Shown piece by piece: positions 1 to 11,304 of a stretch of DNA of 64,000 nt. Within the stretch, counting starts at the first letter, position 1; the number at the start of each line of letters is the position of its first letter. The stretch is from Mobula birostris. Taxonomy: Eukaryota. Made by a program: the position numbers and the translations under genes. A model generated the notes under the pieces. It ran no database searches. It saw nothing but the letters and a program-made list of their open reading frames with translations, and was not told where the DNA came from. The DNA is taken from assembly GCF_030028105.1 (NCBI RefSeq), contig NC_092402.1, forward strand, positions 51,170,352 to 51,234,351, given 5' to 3'.

Positions 1-799
1 TACTCCCTCCCTTCACCATCATCTACAGAACCCACTGCGGTCACTTGCCCCACCTACTCCAACAGCCCCTTCCAAACCTCCCCACCTCTCCCCAACTTGG
101 AAGAGAAACACTATACTCTGGAGGTTCTGTGGAATTCATTGCCACAGATGGGTGTGGAGGCCATATCATTGGGTATATTTAAAGCAGAGGTTGATAGGTT
201 CTTGATTAGTCATGGCAGCAAAGGCTACAGGGAGAAGAGAGAAGAATGGGGTTCAGAGGGATAATGCATCAGCCATGATTGAATGGTGAAGCACTCGATG
301 GGTCAAATGACCTAATTCTGGTCCTCTATTGATGGGATGAGGCAGAATAACAGTTTGGCATGTACTAGATGGGTTGAAGGGTCTGTAGTACGCTACAGCA
401 GAGAAACATCTCAGTTGTGGAGTGAACACACTTACAAGGTGGGGGTGTGTAAGGGAGCTCTGTAAACACACACAGAGTGGGGAATGGATGAGGGGAGATC
501 TATGTCTTATGGAGGTTGCCCCTTCCTACACCATCAGATTGAAATAAATTGACTGTCTTGCCTGTTTATATCCTGGGAAATCCCTCTTCGACAGTGCTAT
601 GGGAGCACCCTTACCATATGACCCCCTTCCTGGCTTTCCTCAGGGACCCGTAGGGAGGGACAATAAATGCCGGTCAAACCAGACACACTAAAGATAAAGA
701 CATTCCCCATCATCTAAACAAAAATGGAGCAGGTCAGAGGATATGGGGACTTCATCTCCTGTTCCCATCCTCTTTCCCGCCAACAGTGTGATGACTCAC

Positions 800-911
800 C
801 TCGTAATCGTCGAAGATCTGGCGGTGGTGGAAGTAGGCGTGGGAGAAGATGCGGTAAATCCTGCGACAGACGGAGCCCAGCTTGGCCACGGAGGATTCCT
901 TAATGCTGACT
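800..911 (-). CDS. MOB4: MOB4-like exon 7
   Basis: [37 protein letters not shown]; 112 nt; AG/GT flanks. Confidence 0.93.
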
Positions 912-3900
912 CTATGGGACCGAGGACAGTACTGTCAGCATTCCAGGGCAGATCACTGGGTGGCAGGGGGGAGCCGGGGACAGGTAGAGTGTGGATTATA
1001 GGAGGGAAAGATGGATTGGGTGGGAGTGTGGGGCTCAGAGACGGGTAGGTAGGACAGGACCACAGCCACCAGACACACAGGGAGGGGGGATGGAGTGTGG
1101 GGACTGTATGGGTAGTGAGTTGGGGAGCAAATGCACACACAAGGTGGGGGTGTGTAAGAGAGATCTATAAACACACACACAGAACTCCCAGGTAAGATGG
1201 GCTCTCCATGGGGAGAGTATGCGAGGATCAGGGATGTGGAGCTGGGGATTTATGGGTCAGGGGTTCAAAGGTTAGGGTGCATGTCCCTTGTCACCTGATC
1301 CTCAATGCTGGGGTCAGGGACACTGATCTGGTTCATTGATGAAAAGGGTCTCCCCGTGGATGAAGTGGGGGGACCTCCCCTGGCCAACTGGAGCATGTGA
1401 GAGTCCGCAGAGCCAGGTACCTACCTGCTGGGAAAGTACTTGTTACTGTTGAGCAGGCAGGCAGCTCCATCCAGAGTGTGTCTCGTGTAGTCAATAGCAG
1501 GGCACTGAAAGCAGAGATCACAGTGAGTGGAGGGGAGGGAATGTGGCAGGGTAGAGAGTGAGGGAGAAGATGGGGGGGGAGAGCACAGTGAAGGGGGATG
1601 GAGGGAAGTGGAGAGGGTGGTGAAAAGGGGAAGGAGGGGAGAAGGAGGGACAGAGCACTGAAGGGGGATGGGGAAGGGGAGAGGAGACGGAGAGAGCGAT
1701 GAAGGGAAAAGGAGAGCAGTGGGAGGGGAGAGGCTGAGCAATGTGGTTGAGGGAGGGAGAGCATGGTGAAGTGGAAGGGAATGGTGGGGAAAGGGAGAGC
1801 AGTGGGTGAAAGTGAGGGGGAGAGAGGGTTGATGGCAATAACGTTCTTGTGCACAAATTACTTTTAGGCAGCCAGTTCCTGGTTGGGAAGGTATGTTGGA
1901 AGTTCAGAAATATGTAAGGGTTGATATGGGGTTTTGGGTAAAGCCACAGCTGCAGTTTGGGTCCTCTGATTTAAGGACACACTGTCACTGGAGGCAGTCC
2001 TAAGGAGATATATTGGGCTAATTCCTGGGACCAGAAGGTTGTCCCATCAGAAGGGGGTGGACAGCTCGGGTCTGTATTCCTGTGGAGTGTAAAGGAACGA
2101 GGAAGTACTTTATTCCAACACTTGGACCCCAAGGGGAGGTGATATGAGATGTAGGAGAGTCTTGAACGAGTAGACAGTTACAGGGTTGGGGACGGGCATT
2201 TAACACTGACACTGTGGGAACTACTCTCAGAGGGAGGAAATTCTCTACTCCTCCCTAGAGAGAGTGGAGGCCTGATCACTGAGGGGGGATGTAAAGAGTT
2301 GGGAGATAAATGTTTAAAAGATGGCTGGGAGGAGATTATGGGCTGTTGGGAACAAAAGGGTGGATAAGGCCTGGGGTACCAAATGGTGGGACAGGATAAA
2401 GGAACTGAGTGACAGTTCCTATCGCCTCCCCATCTCCCCATATCAACAGCTTCAGGTTACTGCACCGGGGAAATCCACCCCCGCTCCAGTCTCTCCCATC
2501 TCTCCCTGTAACTGCAATGTTCCCACATCCTGGCATCACTGGAACTGGAGTTGGTGCTCCAGCGCAGGTGCTCTGACTGGAGTTATGCAACAGGCCCTTT
2601 GGCCCATTGAGTCCTTGTGATAATCAAGTATCCACATTCCCTGGCCCCCTTTTAAATCACCATATTTCCTTACATCATGAAGGAGGCCATTTCGGCCTAT
2701 CGGGCCCCAGTTTCATGACCCAGTCTCCTGTTCCTTCAGGGATGGGACTGTGGATTTCAGGAGGTGCCTCTGCAGGAGAGCTCGGTCAGGGCAGGAGGAA
2801 AGTTGGTGGGTGGTGGGGGGGTGGAGGAGTGGTTGGGCTATTGTTCAACCAGAGACCTGTGGCTGCTTCACCAGCCAGGGAACACTCGTCACAGCAGAAC
2901 ACTTCTCCCACCCAGCCCCCGGTGGCAACAGGCCTGCCTACCTCCTTTGGGGTCTTGTGTGCGGCACACAGGAAGATCCACTGCTCTGTTGCCGTCATCT
3001 GGGTGCAGGTGTCGGAATGGCACTCACTCTACAGAGAGAACACAGAAAGACAGGTCACATCACCGGGACACATTTGAGTGAGGGACAGAGAAAGAGAGAG
3101 AGAGAAACAGGACATGTTACTGGGACATGCTGGCAGGAGACAAGAGTCAAAGAAACACGTGACATGGAGTGCAGACAGGGACAGAGACACACAGACAGAG
3201 TGAGCATGAGATCAACAGACAGAGAGAGAGAAACAGACAAAGGGGCACATGCATACAGAGGGGGGAGAAGGGGGAGTGAACATGAGACGCACAGCCCTGC
3301 AGATAAAGTTAAAAAGTAGTCGATGCTCTGTCTTAGGGGAGCTCATCATCCTTGAACCTTGCTGAGGAGTTAACTTACTTGTAGTTTCACAGCCAAGTCG
3401 TTCAGTTCCAAGCAAAACTGCCTGAAATAAAACCCAAGTTCATTGTTTATTAGGTTGAGGCAAACACTTGAACATAACCTTCCAATGTGAACACATCAGC
3501 ACTATCCCATTCTTGGCATCCTTTCCGTTTAGCACCCATTTTAAAATTCTCATCAACTGTCTGGAAATACTGACTCAGCACCATCCTATTTCTGTGACCC
3601 TCTCCAGCCCTCACATCCCTCCTCCACTATTTCTGCCTCTGTCATCAGTGGTCATTCAGCTGCATGCACACCAACCAGATTTATTTCCCTCCCCACTGAG
3701 GACTGGGTGAGAGCATGGGTGAAGGGCTGGGCGAGTGTGAGAGTCTAGATGAGAGTGAGGGACAGGGAAAGGGTGAAGTACAGGTGGGACAGAAAGAGCA
3801 GGGCACAGGGGAGTGGAACTCAGTCGCTCAAATGGCCAGCACGCTCCCATTGGTGCTCAGTGTTAACAATCGGAGGCACCGTAGATGGCAGATGCTGGAA

Positions 3901-6900
3901 CACGAAGCAACACAGGAGAATCAGGAGGAACCCACTGGACCAGGAGTCAGAATTGAACAGCAGATGTTTGTGGGCAAGACCCTTCACTCACATGAAGTGA
4001 CCCTTCAATGCTGAAGAGTCCATTGCTGATGTTGCCTTACCTACTTAGTTCCTTGTATTGCTATAAATGGATGAGATTTTAATTTAGATGTCTGTGGGCA
4101 CACACCAGTGGAAGTGGTGGGTCAGACTACATCCACTTCACTACCCCTACACCCTTCCCCAACCCCAACTCTGCCTTGGGCCACTATGATCCCAGCAAGG
4201 CCCTCACCGGAGATGCTCATATTTCCAGACGCCCTCATCCTGCCCCTCCGGTGGTTCCAGGATCTTCTCGATGTCCGATGCGTCATCGCGGATGCTCTGC
4301 TGGATGTACTATGGGTGGAGGGGGAAAGGGGGGGTGGAGAGTGGGGGGAGTGATGGGTGAGGGGAGGGCAGGAAGAGAGAGAGAGAGAGAGAAGGGGGTT
4401 GATTCTGGGATTGAAAGGCTTATCATATCAGGAGCTCTGGGTTTGTACTCTGGAATTCAGAAATATTACGTGGTGGGGGGTTGTTCTCATTGAAACCTGC
4501 CGAATGTTGAAAGGCGTCGATAAAGTGGATGTATCCTAAGACATAGGAACTGAATTTGGCCATCCAGCCCATCAAGTCCACTCCACCATTTCATCATGGC
4601 TGATCCTGGATCCCATTCAACCCCATACACCTACCTTGGCATATCCCCTTTGACTTCTACAAATTTTTATCAATGCACCATAGGAAGCATTTTATAAAGA
4701 TGCACCACAGCTTGGTACAGCAACTGCTCTGCCCATGACTGCAAGAAACTGCAGAGAGTTACAGATAGAGCTCAAAACATCACAGGAACCAGCCTCCCCT
4801 CCATGGACTCTGTCTGTGCTTCGTTGCCTCAGTAAAGCTGCCAGGATAATCGAACAGCCCACCCACCCCAGACATTCTCTCTTCTACCTCCCATCAGGAG
4901 AAACACGTACCACTAGGCTCAAAGACAGATTCTATTCCATGGTTATAAGGCTCTTAGATGGACCTCTTGTATGACCAGTTTCACTTTATTCTTTATTGTT
5001 ATAGTTTTACCTCAATGCTTCTGTGTAATGATCTGATCTGTATGAACAGTACACAATCGGAGGCACCGTAGACGGCAGATGCTAGAACACGAAGCAACAT
5101 GGGAGAATCAGGAGGAACTCACTGGACCAGGAGTGAAAGACAAGCATTTCACTCTTGGTACATGTGACAATAATAAACCAATTTCACTTTCTTCAACTCT
5201 CCTGCTGGTGGTAACATCTCCATTTCTACCCTGTAATGTCCACTCGGGATCCGAATTTGTAATTTTGTTTATTATTGTCACATGTACATACCAAGATGAA
5301 ATATACAACTTGTTCTGCGTGATATCCATACAGATAATTTCAAGACACAAGTACACTGACGTAGTACAAGTGAAAAGGAATAACCGAATGCAGAATAAAG
5401 TGTTACAGAGAAAGTGCAGTACAGGCAGACAATAAGGTGTAAGGTCACAATGAGGTAGATTGTGAAGTCAAGTGTGAAGGTCACTGGAACAGGTTTATTC
5501 TTGTTGCATGTACTGTGATACAGTGAAAAGCTTGTCTTCCATACTGTTCACACAGATCAAATCATTACACAGTGTGTTGAGGTAGAACAGGGTAAAACAA
5601 TAACAGAATGCAGAATGTAGAGGTCAAAAGGCCATCTTAGAGAACAGTTTAACATCCTACTAACAGTGGAGTAGAAACTGTCCTTCAACCTGGTGGTGCG
5701 TGCTTTCAGGATTTTGTATCTTCTGTCCGATGGGAGAGGGGTGAAGAAAAGAGAATGTCCAGTGTGGGTGGGGTCTTTGGTGACGTTGGCAGCTTTACTG
5801 AGACAGTGAGAAGTGTAGACAGAGTCCATGGAGGGGAGGCTGGTTTCTGTGATGTGCTGAGCTGTGTCCACAACTCTCTGCAGTTTCTTGTGGTCACAGG
5901 CAGAGCAGTTGCTGTACCAAGCTGTAATCCAGACAGGATGCTTTCTATGGCGCATCGATAAAAATTGGTAAGGGTTGGTGGGAAATGCTGAATTTTTTTA
6001 GCCTTCTGAGGAAGTACAGGGTCAGGACAGGCTATTGACCAACTCTTTTGTTTAACTAATACTGAGGGAAAGGTTGATGTCAGAACACCACGCCACTAGG
6101 CTATCTCCTTCCTGTACTCCAATGCGTCCTTATTTGATATGTGGCACACTACAGTGGTATCATCTGCAAACATGTACATGGAGCTAGAGCAGAATCTGGT
6201 CATGCAGTCACAAGATTATTGAGGGGTCATTTAACACTGAGGTATGTAAGGACTTCTGCTACAGACAGTGGGGGAAATCGCTGGAATTCTCTGCCCTCAA
6301 GGGTTGTGGAGGCCTGATCACAGGTGTAAGTTAAATAAGAGCTTTGGGTTTAGCAATGCACTTGGAACACCACTTCCACGCTGCGGTTTTCCCACAGTGC
6401 CACACTGGTCACTGGTGCTCCAATGCTCAGGAACCTTGAACAGAGTGCAGGGCGACTCTGGACGTACTCACCTGCTGCACAGCCAGGGTGCTGTCCATCT
6501 CATCCAATGACTCATTAGGCCAGTTGTAGAAGTCCTAGAGGATGGAGTGAAGCAAAACTGTAGGTGAGGAGGCTGGCCCAGTGATCAATCGATAGCATAG
6601 AAGCCAGTATAACGCTTTACAGTGCCAACTACTGGGGTTCAATTCTGCCACTGTCTGTAAGAAGTTTGTGACTGCGTGGGTTTCCTCCCACATTCCAAAG
6701 ATGTATGATGTATGAGTTCGGGTTAGTAATGCTGTGGGAATGCTATGTTGGCATGAACCCACAGGGGGAGGAAGCAGAGGGATTAATGGAGAGCAAAAAA
6801 GGTGTGAAGGAGGATGTGGGGGGGGGGAGCTCCAACTAGAGAGGTTGGGAATACTAAACAAGGAAAGGGACTGCAAGCAAGACAGCATAACTGGGGTAGT

Positions 6901-7650
6901 GTAATGAGGGCATGGGGAAGTTACTGGAGGGGTCAAGTGAGTGAGGGTGTAGGGATGATGTGGATGAGATCAGGGGTGTGGTGATGGAGTAGGAAAATAG
7001 TGAATGGGGTGAAGAAGGTGATGGTCATGCGGGTAAATAGGATGATGAGGGGCAATGGCAACAAGGGGGTGGGGGTTGGAGGAGCAAATGTGGTGAAGTT
7101 GAGGAGGGATGATGGTGACAGGTGTAATTAGAGGGAGTGAAGGTGGGATGGGAGTTTGTAAGGGTGGGACTGAAAGGGGGAAGGTGATGGGGGATGGAGG
7201 GACTGACGTGATGGGGTTGAGAAGGGGTGATGGTGACGGGAGCGATAAGGGGTTCAGAGATGCGGGAGCGATTGGAGAAGAGGGGAGATGATGATGGTGA
7301 AGAGGGTGCTGAGGAAGATTAATGGAGAGGCGAAGGGAAGGGGCCGGGTATGTGATGGACGGTCCTTACATCCAATCGGTAGGGCGCCATCTCTAAACCG
7401 GCAAATAGCAAGCGGAGGGTGGGAACATCCTGTGGCGACCCAACCAATCAGCACGGAACCGGGGCCCCGTGCCCCTGAATTTGGGCGGATACCCTCGGAC
7501 TCCTCACACTGGGTCTCTTTCTCCCTCTCCCTCCCCCCTCAGATCCTGGGCGGGGATCACTTGCCGCTTAGCACCTCCGACTGTCCCCCAGCTCCTCACC
7601 TGGGCTTTAGTGCCTGGCCTGTTTCTCCTCAGCAAGACGGTGGCCGCCAT
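800..7650 (-). CDS. MOB4: MOB4 (phocein)-family gene, coding exons 1-7; final exon lies left of the window
   Basis: Exons 7650-7600, 6534-6472, 4308-4208, 3421-3379, 3028-2942, 1504-1425 and 911-800 all have GT-AG boundaries and compatible phases. They splice to [179 protein letters not shown], which is near-identical to vertebrate MOB4. It may be a paralog. Confidence 0.95.
1425..1504 (-). CDS. MOB4: MOB4-like exon 6
   Basis: [27 protein letters not shown]; 80 nt. Confidence 0.93.
2942..3028 (-). CDS. MOB4: MOB4-like exon 5
   Basis: [29 protein letters not shown]; 87 nt. Confidence 0.93.
3379..3421 (-). CDS. MOB4: MOB4-like exon 4
   Basis: [14 protein letters not shown]; 43 nt; tttcag / gtaagt. 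Confidence 0.92.
4208..4308 (-). CDS. MOB4: MOB4-like exon 3
   Basis: [34 protein letters not shown]; 101 nt. Confidence 0.93.
4650..6220. mobile_element. Degenerate Rex1/Babar-type LINE 3' fragments in both orientations
   Basis: ORF remnants [26 protein letters not shown]...RLKDSFY, typical of the Rex1/Babar RT C-terminus. Confidence 0.75.
6472..6534 (-). CDS. MOB4: MOB4-like exon 2
   Basis: [21 protein letters not shown]; 63 nt. Confidence 0.93.
6590..6750 (+). mobile_element. tRNA-derived HE1/V-SINE-like SINE fragment
   Basis: B-box-like ggggttcaattctgcc followed by ctgcgtgggtttcctcccacattccaaaga core; similar copies near 23420, 34130, 41170-41340 and 50030. Confidence 0.6.
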
Positions 7651-7830
7651 CCCGAGCAACACCCAGCTTCCCCTGAACCCGGATGTAATTAAAGGCGCCT
7701 CCTTCCTTCCCGGCGGTGGTGCCGACACAAATTAAATCGTTCTGTACTCCTAAAGGGAAGTGCACTGGCAGCGAAGAAAGGTGCGCCTTTGCGCCCCCAA
7801 GTGTTAGCGCACGGATCGCGGGTAGAGTAG
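7340..7830 (-). promoter_or_regulatory. CpG-rich promoter/first-exon region of the MOB4-like gene
   Basis: Local CpG enrichment, YY1-like ATGGCGGCC at the start codon, ETS-like CCGGATGT, and CCAAT boxes in intron 1. Confidence 0.6.
7600..7650 (-). CDS. MOB4: MOB4-like exon 1 (coding part)
   Basis: [17 protein letters not shown] followed by gtgagg donor. Confidence 0.92.
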
Positions 7831-7939
7831 CAATTTAATTCCCCTCCACCTCACATTCACCTCTCTCTCCAGCTGATCCTTACCATTGTTCCACTTCATT
7901 CTCATCTCCCCTCCAGCTCTTCCTCACCTTAAATAAGTG

Positions 7940-9740
7940 AAGTTATCCCCTCTTGTTCAAGAGCCTGATGGTCGAGGGATAGTAACTGTTCTTGAACCTG
8001 GTGGTGCAAGTCCTAAGGCTCTCGTACCTCCTACCTGACGGCAGCAGTGAGAAAAGAGCATGGCCTGGGTGGTGAGAACATAAGAAATAGGAGCAGGAGT
8101 AGGCCATCTGGCCCATCGAGCCTGCCCCACCATTCAATAAGATCATGGCTGATCTGTCCATAAACTCAGCTCCATCTACCTGCCTTTCCCCCATAACCCT
8201 TAATTCCCCTACTATGTAAAAACCTATCTAACTGTATCGTAAATATATTTAGTGAAGAAGCCTCAACTGCTTCCCTGGGCAGAGAATTCCACGGATTCAC
8301 CACTCTCTGGGAAAAATAGTTTCTCCTCATCTCCGTCCTAAATCTTCTCCCCTGAATCTTGAGGCAATGTCCCCTAGTTCTAGTCTCACCTACCAATGGA
8401 AACAACTTTCCTACTATCTTATCTATCCCCTTCAAAATTTTGTATGTTTCTATAAGATCCTGTCTCATTCTTCTGAATTCCAGAGAGTATAGTCCCAGTT
8501 GACTCAATCTCTCCTCATAGGTTAACCCCTTCATCCCTGGAATCAACCTGGTGAACGTCCTCTGCACTGCCTCCAAAGCCAGTATATCCTTCCTCAAGTA
8601 TGGAGACCAGAACTGCACACAGTACTCCAGGTGCAGCCCCACCAGTACCCTGTACAGTTGCAGCATGACCTCCCTGCTCTTGAATTCAATCCCTCTAGCA
8701 ATGAAGGCCAACATTCTGTTTGCCTTCTTGATAACCTGTTGCACCTGCAAGCCAACCTTTTGGAATTCATGCATAAGCACTCCCAAGTCCCTCTGCACAA
8801 CAGCATGCTGCAATCTTTCACCATTTAAATAATAATCTGTTCTTCTATTATTCCTTCCAAAGTGGATGATCTCACATTTACCAATGTTGTATTCCATCTG
8901 CCAGACCTTGGCCCATTCACTTAACCTATCTATATCCCTCTGCAGACTCTCCCCATCTTCTGTACAATTTGCTTTTCCACTCAGTTTAGTGTCATCAGCA
9001 AATTTTGCTACACTACACTCACTCCCCTCTTCCAAATCATCAATGTAAGTGGTAAACAGCTGCGGGCCCAGCACCAATCCCTGCAGCACCCCACTCACCA
9101 CTGACTGCCAACCAGAGAAACGCCCATTTATACCAACTCTCTGCCTTCTATCAGTTAACCAATCCACTATCCATGCCAATACACTTCCTCCAATTCCATG
9201 CATCTGTATCTTATTTATAAGTCTCTTGTGCGGCACCTTATCAAATGCCTTCTGGAAATCCAAGTATATGACATCCACATGTTCCCCTCTATCCTCTTTA
9301 GAATCTTTGATGATGGATGCTGCTTTCCAATGGCAATGTTTCATGTCGATGTGCTCAATGGCTGGGAGGGTTTTACCCGTGATGTACTGGGCCAAATCCA
9401 CTACCTTTTGTAGGATTTTCTGCTCAAAGGCATACCAGGCTGTAATGCAGCCAGTCAGCGCACTTTCCACCACACACCTATTGAAGTTTGCCAAGGTTTT
9501 CAATGACATGCTGAACCTCTGCAGACTCCTGAGGAAGTAGAGGTGCTGTTGTGCTTTCTTCACAATAATATTTATATGATGGGTCCAGGACAGGTCTATC
9601 TGGTATAGTGACACCCAGAAATTTAAAGTTAATGACCCTCTAAACTTCTGATCCTCCGATTAGTACTAGCTCACGGACCTCTAGTTTCCCTCTCCTGAAA
9701 TCTACCATCAGTTCCTTGGTCTTATTTACATTGAGTGAGA
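7940..9740 (-). mobile_element. Rex1/Babar-type LINE fragment interrupted by a CR1 insertion
   Basis: KKAQQHLYFLRSLQRF..CITAWY..KAASIIKD on one side of the CR1 and [25 protein letters not shown] on the other. Confidence 0.8.
8079..9299 (-). mobile_element. 5'-truncated young CR1 (HER1-like) LINE with an uninterrupted RT fragment
   Basis: YLDFQKAFDKVPH..SGVLQGLVLGPQLF..KFADDTKL..LEYCVQFWSP..RTRGH; CR1 3' UTR with a ttcttatgttct tail. Confidence 0.92.
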
Positions 9741-9958
9741 AGTTGGCCATGGTGTTCACAACACCACGCTCCACCTTTGAAACACCAACAAACAACTGAC
9801 CTTGTCCTTGCTAAGAATATCATATGCTATATACATTATTACTAATTTGAGACAGCCAGCGTCTATCACTGAGTAAGACAACAGCAGCAATTCGGGGGAG
9901 GGCTGGAATAATAGTTAAAAGCCCATCATGCTATCCTATAACATATTACTATGTAATT

Positions 9959-10143
9959 GAGGTGTCAGGGAGGGGTAGCACCTCTGGTGGGGGAACATGT
10001 CGCGTCCTTTTCAAGGCGGTTAGTCCACCTTTGGTCCCCACCTGGCACTCAGCTCTCACCTGTGGCTCCCCGTAGCTGTTTGCATGCGACAACGGCCACA
10101 CCCCGGGCAACGGCTTCGACAAGCCGGCTAAACCAGGTGAGGG
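9959..10143 (+). ncRNA. Putative HDV-like self-cleaving ribozyme
   Basis: P1 GAGGTGT(9959-65)/ACACCCC(10098-104); P3 GGC/GCC; L3 TCCCCGTA plus an inserted hairpin; GGGCAA; P4 CGGCTT-cgac-AAGCCG; J4/2 GCTAA; P2 CTCTCACCTG-T/ACCAGGTGAGGG. Confidence 0.65.
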
Positions 10144-10455
10144 TAGCCGACAGGTCTCAAACCCTCGGTGAGATAGGGAGATGTCTATCCCAGCATGTGA
10201 AGACAGACTCCGGCGGATTGAGCGGACGAGACCAATGGAAGGTCCAACGTTCAAGAAGGCGGTCTCTGCAAGCGTCGTGGAACGTGTAGAGCAGGACAAG
10301 ACACAGAAGACGTCCTGGTCATCCACTGCGCCTAGTCCCATCTCCAGCCATCTCGACTCTTGTCTTGCCACTGGATCCAGATGGGAATTGGGAAGAGAGA
10401 GTGAGGCTGACGCTGCGCAGCTCTCCCTCACTTAAATCCAAATCACGCGCTAGTC
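9959..10455 (+). mobile_element. Non-autonomous RTE-derived element (5'-UTR module, 3' end truncated)
   Basis: CpG-rich non-coding segment from gggaggggtagcacctctggtg to ccctcacttaaatccaaatcacgcgc. It resembles RTE 5' regions as I recall them and begins with an HDV-like fold. Confidence 0.65.
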
Positions 10456-10939
10456 TCTGGTGAGCTTTCTTGCACCGGTGTCTATGTGTTTGGACCTGGA
10501 TGAATATTGGTGAAGTTCACTCCTAGGAATTTGAAGTTCCCAACCCTCTTGTCCTCAACACTATTGATGTAGGCAAGAGTTTGTGCACCGTCAACACCCT
10601 CCTTCCTGAAGTCAATGGCTAACTCTTTGGTTTTGCTGATATTGAGGAAAAGGTTGTTGTCATAACATTATTTTGGATTTCCAGAGAAACACAACATGGT
10701 TCAGGGTATCATCATGGCAGAGGAGTGGGTTTGGACAGCAACTTTGAGAGCACCTAGCACCGGATGAGCAGGCTCCTATCAAAGTCAAAGTGGAGTTTAT
10801 TGTTACCTGTATTCAGGTGCAGTGAAAAACTTGCTTGCAGCAGCATCACAGGCACAGAGCATCAGGTACACAACATTCACAAGAAAAATATAAATCAAAC
10901 AAGGAAGATCACAATTAGAATAAAAAAGGTCCATTGGAG

Positions 10940-11300
10940 TCCTAGTGTTTCACCTTGGCTACCTGCTCCAGCCAATTCTTGCTGCTCCGAACCAGATCCC
11001 AAGTAACTTCAGATTTGACGGGGAAGGGAACAGAAGAGTAGTCAGCCCAATTGCCAAGGACCATGTCCTCACTTTTGCTGTAAATTACTCTTAGGCCATT
11101 TCAGTCCAGTCATAGTTGCTGATCGATTTGCGGATTGTCTGTGGGTCCAAGAAGGAGATGGTGCTTTACCCGCATACAGGAAAGCTTTGACTTGAGTAGC
11201 CCCGGTGCCTAGCATCGTCACACCCTCAAATACATCTATCCGGTGTTCGCCAATTCTGGTTAACAAAATGTGCCAGTGGAGGGAAGCAAGAAGTAAATTG
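10940..11300 (-). mobile_element. Degenerate L1-Tx1-like LINE RT fragment
   Basis: GVTMLGTGATQVKAFLY resembles the Tx1 motif GVTIPGSGG.QVKASLYMDD. Confidence 0.5.
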
Positions 11301-11304
11301 TAGA

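Noticed and set aside
1333-1856. Long Pro/Ser/Leu-rich ORFs (also at 13278-13912, 48243-48940 and 57268-57825)
   Set aside because: They are translations of GA-rich low-complexity intron sequence, apart from the true exons they overlap.
8166-9614. 482-aa ORF as a host gene
   Set aside because: It is entirely LINE-derived (Rex/Babar plus CR1 RT).
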